A stretch of DNA of 64,000 nt from Candidatus Campbellbacteria bacterium (GTDB taxonomy: Bacteria > Patescibacteriota > Minisyncoccia > Phycocordibacterales > CSBR16-193). Both the position numbers and the translations under genes were made by a program. The stretch spans positions 1,060-65,059 of the forward strand of contig SKHG01000054.1 of NCBI GenBank assembly GCA_007117035.1, read 5' to 3'. The notes beneath the pieces are model-generated. The model saw nothing but the letters and a program-made list of their open reading frames with translations. It did not search any database and was not told the DNA's origin. Below are positions 57,875 through 64,000 of the stretch, piece by piece; the first letter of the stretch is position 1; each line of letters opens with the position of its first letter.

Positions 57875-59233
57875 TTACTCTACTTCATTCCAAGAAAAAA
57901 ACTTATACCCTCCTCCAGGCCCGGAAGAAAAAAGAAGGTCGGCCAAACCCGAATCATAGTTAATAGTCCCTCCTCCACTAACCCGAATAGTTTCACCGAT
58001 TATTGACCTAGCCGCCGAACCACCCTGAAGGTGAAGCTCCCCATTCTGAGCAATCAAAATAACCGCTCCCGATCCACCTGTAATATACAGAGCAGAATTA
58101 TTTCCACAATCAGGTCCTATAGGACATGTGCTAGTTGTGACTATTACTGGATAACTCCCTGGCTGGCCGGATCCTTGAAACTGCCCGTTACCACTAATAT
58201 TTACTCGACCGTCAACAACTAAAACCCCACTTTCATTCTCATATGATTCATCTAAATAAACTTTACCACCACCTGAAACAGTAAAACTGCCTTCTACCCA
58301 GACCGTGCCTGTCAAAGTTAGTGTTCCTCCACCACCTATTGAAAGATCCCCGGTTATTTTTACTGGACCCAACGTATCTCCAGCCCAACCAACACTGTAG
58401 TTTCCTTCTATTAACTGCCCTAAATCAGCAATCTCTTTCAAGTGATCAACCAGTTCATCTGAAATCGGAAACTCAGCCGGTGTAGGATTTCCTCTTGAAG
58501 TGTCACACGAGACTCCTTTTGGTGGTGGTGAGTTGTTAATGGATTCCTGGCAATAAACAGTTCCACCGGTATCAACTTGTCTCACAATCGGAGCCCAGCT
58601 ATCACCTTCAACGTTGAAGGGTTGCCACCACCGACTTCCTCCTTTTCCAAGTATCTCGGTTACTGAGGTCACGGAACCTGTAACGGTAGACCCTTCTGAA
58701 CCAACCACATCTCCGTTTGAATAGACATTACCATCTATAGTGGAACCACCTTCTATAATAAAACCACCATTTCCTGACTGAACCCCATAATGAAATGCAT
58801 TTCCTTGATCTACAAATACCTCAGTTTGAGTTCTACGAAAAACCCCTTGGACATCACCAGCTGAAAAAACTCTTAAACCGTTTTCACCAATCCCTTCAAT
58901 CAAAATACTAGAAACAGAATCACCGACCGATAAAACGTACTGGTCTTCATAGTTCATACCATTCCGAATCCTATATGTTGCATCTTCAGCGCCGGAGTCA
59001 GCAACTGCAAAACTTTTAATAGAATTTTGCGTGGTTGAAGAAATCTTTATGTGTGAGATAGCAGGAGATATAACTCCAATCGAAATTATTAGTGTGACGA
59101 AAACAAAAAACAAGACAGAGGTAATAACAGCCTGACCAGACTGATCTGAATAATTAAGAGTCCGACACAAAACATTACTCAGATTTTTTGTGTCTGAAAA
59201 ATTATCTACTTTAGTTTTTATATTTCTAAACAT
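57875..59233 (-). CDS. PilX-like minor pilin with a large Gly-rich beta domain
   Basis: G-QAVITSVLFF class III signal lacking E5, ADSGAEDA; C-terminal SWNEVE. Confidence 0.7.
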   Translation of the reverse strand: MFRNIKTKVDNFSDTKNLSNVLCRTLNYSDQSGQAVITSVLFFVFVTLIISIGVISPAISHIKISSTTQNSIKSFAVADSGAEDATYRIRNGMNYEDQYVLSVGDSVSSILIEGIGENGLRVFSAGDVQGVFRRTQTEVFVDQGNAFHYGVQSGNGGFIIEGGSTIDGNVYSNGDVVGSEGSTVTGSVTSVTEILGKGGSRWWQPFNVEGDSWAPIVRQVDTGGTVYCQESINNSPPPKGVSCDTSRGNPTPAEFPISDELVDHLKEIADLGQLIEGNYSVGWAGDTLGPVKITGDLSIGGGGTLTLTGTVWVEGSFTVSGGGKVYLDESYENESGVLVVDGRVNISGNGQFQGSGQPGSYPVIVTTSTCPIGPDCGNNSALYITGGSGAVILIAQNGELHLQGGSAARSIIGETIRVSGGGTINYDSGLADLLFSSGPGGGYKFFSWNEVE

Positions 59234-59236
59234 ATT

Positions 59237-59770
59237 TTATTTACCCATATAAGATCCACGCAAAAGTGTCGTCGAATAAAATGTTTGACTAACGGTTCTA
59301 TCTTTCATCTGACTTTCAATATCAATTTCAATTTTAACTGCTATAGAAAAAGGAGTTTCTAAAAGATGCACCTCGAATCGTGTAACCGCAATATCATTCG
59401 ATGTTAATGGTTCCACAACCTCACCAACCCCAAAATACAATCGGCCATTTTCAACAAAAAATAAAATATTTTCACCATCTTCTTTTTCGATACTTAAAAC
59501 TGAAAAATTCTCATTAAATATAGAGTTGTTCAACAAATTCTTGGACATGCGCAGATTACGAATAATGTTATCTAACGAAAGAGACGCAGCCTGTTCGATA
59601 GAACGTGCTGAGTTTACTCTTTCTTGCGAGTTTGAGATGACATACAAGGTGTTGCCTATAACAATCAAGATTAAAACTAGAATAGCTAGATAGAACAAAG
59701 TTTCTACCAAAGAGAAACCCCTGTTGGTTTTTTTTGTAATGACAGAATTTATATTATTTCTATTGTTCAT
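59237..59770 (-). CDS. Prepilin (PilW-like minor pilin)
   Basis: RG-FSLVE N-methylation motif. Confidence 0.85.
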   Translation of the reverse strand: MNNRNNINSVITKKTNRGFSLVETLFYLAILVLILIVIGNTLYVISNSQERVNSARSIEQAASLSLDNIIRNLRMSKNLLNNSIFNENFSVLSIEKEDGENILFFVENGRLYFGVGEVVEPLTSNDIAVTRFEVHLLETPFSIAVKIEIDIESQMKDRTVSQTFYSTTLLRGSYMGK

Positions 59771-60278
59771 CTTTAAAAATGTTAGTTATGTAGGCCGAAA
59801 TATCTCTAGTGGAATCACCAAAAACACCAGACCAAAATACCTCAACGCGCAAATAAAGAGTATCAGGATCCGGACTACCTCCAACTAAAGTAATGTTATC
59901 ATCTACATCTCTATATACATCTTCAATAAACAAAACCCTGGTGAATATATCACCTACCAAAACGGGCTCTTCTTGTATGGACCAAACTCCATTTTGAAAA
60001 TTTAGGTAATACTCTCTATTATTCTCAAGCATAGAAATGTTTTCCCAACTTTGATCTCTTAAGACTCTAACCACCTCGACTCCTTCATGAGCCAAAAGCA
60101 TAGCTGAGAGGTTGTTTGGACTGTTGACTGAAACCTGAAAATATAGAATGTATGATCCAATCAAAGTTGCAACCATTGTTGAGAATATTGCAAGCCCAAC
60201 GATAACCTCCACTAAAGAAAAACCGGAAGAAGACTTAGTTCTGTTATCAAACCTACTTATCTTTTTATTCAAAAACAT
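59760..60278 (-). CDS. Prepilin (PilV-like minor pilin)
   Basis: SG-FSLVEV, LAHEGVE. Confidence 0.85.
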   Translation of the reverse strand: MFLNKKISRFDNRTKSSSGFSLVEVIVGLAIFSTMVATLIGSYILYFQVSVNSPNNLSAMLLAHEGVEVVRVLRDQSWENISMLENNREYYLNFQNGVWSIQEEPVLVGDIFTRVLFIEDVYRDVDDNITLVGGSPDPDTLYLRVEVFWSGVFGDSTRDISAYITNIFKDEQ

Positions 60279-60290
60279 AAAATCTATTAC

Positions 60291-60806
60291 CTAATTAACA
60301 CTCTCAACTATTCCTAACGAGGAAATCGAAAGAACCCTGTCTTGGTTGCTCTGAGAGGATCGCAGAGTGACTGTTCCTTGGGTTGATGGTGACCCGGTTA
60401 GGCGTTCAAAAACAATTTTGTTTGTCTCGTTTTGTAATGAATAACTCTCAATCTCAACAGAAGTATGAAATTCGTGAATCCTGATTATGGAGTTTTCATT
60501 CTCCTCAGTACCCGAGAAAAGAACTACTCGATCGGTATAAAAACTTACCCCGTACTGATTATCCTCGAACGAACCTTGCGTTAAGGCTCTTGCCTCTTTG
60601 ATGTACATACCGACTGCAGTTGTGTCTCGATCGAGAGCTTGGCTATTACCAAAACCAGAAAGAGCCCAAGATGTGATTCCAGCAATTAGAACAAGCAAAG
60701 AGATGACCAATATAATTTCCATTAAGGTAAAACCTCTCTGTCTTTTAACAGTTTTATTGCTAAACTCCTTTTTCAATTTTATGTTCTTAAGATTAAAGAA
60801 ATTCAT
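60291..60806 (-). CDS. Prepilin (FimT/FimU-like minor pilin)
   Basis: RG-FTLME, IVFERLTG. Confidence 0.85.
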   Translation of the reverse strand: MNFFNLKNIKLKKEFSNKTVKRQRGFTLMEIILVISLLVLIAGITSWALSGFGNSQALDRDTTAVGMYIKEARALTQGSFEDNQYGVSFYTDRVVLFSGTEENENSIIRIHEFHTSVEIESYSLQNETNKIVFERLTGSPSTQGTVTLRSSQSNQDRVLSISSLGIVESVN

Positions 60807-60807
60807 A

Positions 60808-62016
60808 TTATATCTGATCCATAATTGAGTACACTGGACCCAACATAGAAACAGCGAAGAAACCGACTGCCGCTCCGATCAAAACCATCAAAACGGGCTC
60901 AATTATGGTTGAGAGATCTTTGGTTTTTTGATCAACTTCATTCTCAAAATAATCTGCAATGTTCATTAACATTTCACTGGTTTTTCCAGTCTCCTCACCA
61001 ACAGACATCATCTCCCCAACCAAGACAGGGTATAGATGTTCGTATTTAATAAAAACGGCAGAGACAGAATCACCTTTTTGAATCTTTTTAGCTGCTTCAG
61101 CTAAAACAGGTTTGAAATATGAATTTTGAATTACGTCGCCAGTTATCTCAAGAGCATCAACCATACCAACTCCGGATGCCAAAAGAGAAGAGAGAGTTCT
61201 GGATGTTCGCGCAGCATTAACTTCTTTTACCATATTCTTAATGACTGGAATGTGTAGGATGAAAAAATCAAAAGATCTTTTACCTCGAGTGGTTTTAGCA
61301 ATCGAGTAATAGACACCAGAAATCAAAGCAGAGAAAAGAACAATCAACAACAAAGTATGGTTCAGTATGCTGTTACTGATAAAAATTATAAACTGAGTTG
61401 AGGCTGGTAGTTCAACACCAACACCCTCAAAAGTACTGACCAAAGTTGGTACCACAAAAGCCAACATCAATGATGCAATGATTATCATAACTGAAAAAAT
61501 CACAGTCGGATAAATCATCGCACCTTTTACCCTCTTTTTTAACTGATCAGTTTTCTCCATCTGCTGACCCAATGTCATCAAAACCTTGTGTAGATTTCCC
61601 CCCTCCTCTCCCGAACGAACCATCGATACATACAGTGGCGAAAACTCAGAATGTTTCTTTAGTGCATCACTGAAAGTGCTTCCACCTTCAATCTGTTCGT
61701 GAACATCAGACAATATTTTAGCGAACTTTTGGTTCCGAGCCTGTCTTTTTAATATCAAAAGAGATCTTGATATTGAAATACCTGCTTTGAGCATAGTCGA
61801 GAGGTTTTTTGTTGCAGTTATTTTCTCCTGACTCTTAACCCCACCAAAAGAAATAGACTTCAGCCAGTTTTCTTTTTTCTCCTCGAGTGTTACTGAGATG
61901 ACTTGCTCACCGTTTGCTTCCAGTTCTTCACGCAAAATATCTGCACTCTCAGCCTGTATGGTTTCAACATACCTCTCTCCATTACTTTTAAGGGCTTTGA
62001 CTTTAAACTGGGCCAT
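60808..62016 (-). CDS. pilC: Type IV pilus platform protein PilC (paralog 2)
   Basis: LSTMLKAG, GEEGGNL, AMIYP, GEETG, IEP. Confidence 0.93.
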   Translation of the reverse strand: MAQFKVKALKSNGERYVETIQAESADILREELEANGEQVISVTLEEKKENWLKSISFGGVKSQEKITATKNLSTMLKAGISISRSLLILKRQARNQKFAKILSDVHEQIEGGSTFSDALKKHSEFSPLYVSMVRSGEEGGNLHKVLMTLGQQMEKTDQLKKRVKGAMIYPTVIFSVMIIIASLMLAFVVPTLVSTFEGVGVELPASTQFIIFISNSILNHTLLLIVLFSALISGVYYSIAKTTRGKRSFDFFILHIPVIKNMVKEVNAARTSRTLSSLLASGVGMVDALEITGDVIQNSYFKPVLAEAAKKIQKGDSVSAVFIKYEHLYPVLVGEMMSVGEETGKTSEMLMNIADYFENEVDQKTKDLSTIIEPVLMVLIGAAVGFFAVSMLGPVYSIMDQI

Positions 62017-62027
62017 ATTAAATTAAA

Positions 62028-63773
62028 TTACTCGTAAGCAACTCGGAAGACTTCCTCTAAGGAAGTTTGACCTTGAACTGCCTTGAAAAGACCGTCCTCT
62101 ATCATAGTTAACATTCCTTCTTCTCTTGCTTGTTTTTCTATTTTTTCATCTGAGGCATTTTCTAAAATTAATCTTTTGATACTTTCAGAAACATCTAGAA
62201 CCTCATAAAGACCAACTCTACCTTTATACCCATCTCCTTCGTCATTTTCTTTCGGCCTATAAAAAGGAATGGTCTCCCAGGTTTCATCACTTTTTACCAC
62301 TTTTTTTTCTTTTAGGTACTTCAACATTTTATCAAGGTCGATAGTCTTACCTAGTTGCTCAATCTCACTTTTACCAAGGTTGTACTTTTCTTTGGAGTCG
62401 GAAAGTTTACGGACAAGTCTTTGAGCAATTATGACACCTAAAGTTGAGACCAAAAGAAATGGCTCAATCTTCATATCAACCAGTCGAGGAATGGCTCCAG
62501 CTGCCGAGTTTGTGTGTAAGGTTGAGATCACTAAGTGTCCTGTTAAAGCAGCATTGACTGCCAATGAAGCAGTTTCACCGTCTCTAATCTCACCGACCAT
62601 GATAATATCGGGGTCTTGTCTAAGGAGTGTTCGTAGACCATTTGCAAAACTAAAACCAATATCTGGTCGAACTTGAGTTTGATTGATTCTTTTCATTTGA
62701 TACTCTATCGGATCTTCTACAGTTGATATGTTAACTTCAGGTGAATTCAAAATATCAAGTAGGGTATACAAAGTAGTAGTCTTTCCGGAACCGGTTGGTC
62801 CGGTGGTTAAGACCATTCCAGTGGTTGATTTAATAGCCGAATGAATACTTTCAAGTGCTTCGTCGTGAAAACCCAATGACTCCAATGTCATTCCAGAAAC
62901 ATTTCCACGCAAAAGACGCATCACTGCTTTTTCTCCGTAGTATGTTGGTAATGTTGAGACTCGGAAAGAAACATTTTCATTATTTACAATAATTTTAAAG
63001 CGTCCGTCCTGTGGTAGACGTTTTTCGTCCAACTTTAGATTAGACAATACTTTGATTCTGGCAATGATACTGGCTGAAGCTTCTTTAGGAAGAACCATTG
63101 TCTCGTGCAACAAACCATCTATTCTATAGCGAACCGAAAGTTTTTCTTCCATAGGCTCTACATGAATATCAGAAGCGTTCTGGATTATAGCGTGCTTTAG
63201 CAAGGTCTCTACCACTCTCACAACTGGTAAATCTTCAGCAGATTTCTTCAAATCTTCTTCCGACATATCTTCTTCACCTTCTGAAATAGTCTCTATCGCA
63301 CCAGCTTCTTTTTGGATAATATCACCAAATTCAGCTTGCAAACTCTTCTGATACTGCATCAAAGCACTTTTTATAGACTCCTTGTCAGTTAAACGAGGAA
63401 GAATCTTTAACCCAGTTTTCTTTTTTATAAAATCAATCGCAGTTAAGTCGTTTGTGTTTAACATCGCAACTTCCAAAGTTTTTTCTTGCTTACGAAAAGC
63501 TACGATGTTGTGGTTACGAGCAATTGGCTCTGGAATTAGAGAAAGAATTTTAAAATCAATCTGCTCACCTTTCAGGTTAACAAATGGTAGACCCAGAATA
63601 TATGCCCTAGTTCTAATTAGGTCATTTTCACTAAGATAACCACTACTGACTAGTAATTCTTCCAGATCCTTTCCACTCTTTTTTGAGTCTTCGTGAACTT
63701 TTGTAAAATCCTCGTTCGATATTAATCCGGAATCGATCAAAAAATCTTTTATTTTTTCAGGTTTAATCTGCAT
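62028..63773 (-). CDS. pilB: Type IV pilus assembly ATPase PilB/GspE (paralog 2)
   Basis: ASDIHVEP, GPTGSGKTTTLY, LRQDPDIIMVGEIRD, ALTGHLV. Confidence 0.93.
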   Translation of the reverse strand: MQIKPEKIKDFLIDSGLISNEDFTKVHEDSKKSGKDLEELLVSSGYLSENDLIRTRAYILGLPFVNLKGEQIDFKILSLIPEPIARNHNIVAFRKQEKTLEVAMLNTNDLTAIDFIKKKTGLKILPRLTDKESIKSALMQYQKSLQAEFGDIIQKEAGAIETISEGEEDMSEEDLKKSAEDLPVVRVVETLLKHAIIQNASDIHVEPMEEKLSVRYRIDGLLHETMVLPKEASASIIARIKVLSNLKLDEKRLPQDGRFKIIVNNENVSFRVSTLPTYYGEKAVMRLLRGNVSGMTLESLGFHDEALESIHSAIKSTTGMVLTTGPTGSGKTTTLYTLLDILNSPEVNISTVEDPIEYQMKRINQTQVRPDIGFSFANGLRTLLRQDPDIIMVGEIRDGETASLAVNAALTGHLVISTLHTNSAAGAIPRLVDMKIEPFLLVSTLGVIIAQRLVRKLSDSKEKYNLGKSEIEQLGKTIDLDKMLKYLKEKKVVKSDETWETIPFYRPKENDEGDGYKGRVGLYEVLDVSESIKRLILENASDEKIEKQAREEGMLTMIEDGLFKAVQGQTSLEEVFRVAYE

Positions 63774-63822
63774 TACACTACAGTATACCAGATACCAACC
63801 AACATTGCCGAGTGTCTGGGTG

Positions 63823-63907
63823 TTGACAAAAGCTACCTCTCGGGCTTATTATTAAGTTATCGAAGTTCGCAAGAAAGCGAGCTTTGTTTTTTTAAAAAAC
63901 AAAGCTC
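63823..63907 (+). promoter_or_regulatory. nusA promoter and structured leader
   Basis: TTGACA, 18 bp, TATTAT; two mutually exclusive hairpins at 63863-63907. Confidence 0.6.
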
Positions 63908-63938
63908 TAAATAATTTTACACATTAAATACATACAAT

Positions 63939-64000
63939 ATGATAGATCTAAAAGTAGTAAACTCAATTTTAAATCAACTAGAAGAAGAGCGTGGTATTCC
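63939..64000 (+). CDS. nusA: Transcription factor NusA (5' end only)
   Basis: MIDLKVVNSILNQLEEERGI resembles the NusA N-terminus; only 20 codons visible. Confidence 0.65.
   Translation, partial: MIDLKVVNSILNQLEEERGI

Noticed and set aside
866-63639. Many 60-190 aa ORFs antisense to or overlapping conserved genes (e.g. 866-1222, 28950-29519, 30183-30665, 47710-48165)
   Set aside because: Shadow ORFs of well-identified genes, with no recognisable motifs

Overview
AT-rich bacterial chromosome segment, most genes on the minus strand. By inference it comes from a Patescibacteria/CPR (Parcubacteria-like) genome: rpmD is missing between rpsE and rplO, two type IV pilus clusters carry no secretin in this window, there is a stand-alone VirD4/TraG-like ATPase, and Shine-Dalgarno motifs are scarce. 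Core content: pilM/N/O-pilB-receiver-pilT-pilC, comF, recG, ftsH, smpB plus tmRNA, infC-rpmI-rplT, ndk, the str/S10/spc ribosomal superoperon, a split comEC, rnhA, recJ, pgk, tpiA, a second pilB-pilC-minor pilin cluster and the start of nusA. The best candidate for a new system is a ~5.7 kb islet inside the spc operon between rplE and rpsN. It encodes a PhcB-like SAM methyltransferase coupled to a 7TM histidine kinase, a FeeM/LuxI-fold N-acyltransferase, a PlsC-type acyltransferase, a TraB/Tiki-like hydrolase and a DUF397 pseudogene, which together suggest a lipid-signal synthesis, sensing and quenching module. Other features absent from or unexplained by the ORF track: a compact 6S-like RNA, a tRNA-Ile with a UAU anticodon, a tRNA-Ser islet holding a Fic gene and a DGR-type reverse transcriptase remnant, head-to-head leaderless comEC halves, and a hairpin plus T-tract motif shared by ribosomal-protein leaders. 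All family assignments come from recognising motifs by eye; no searches were run.
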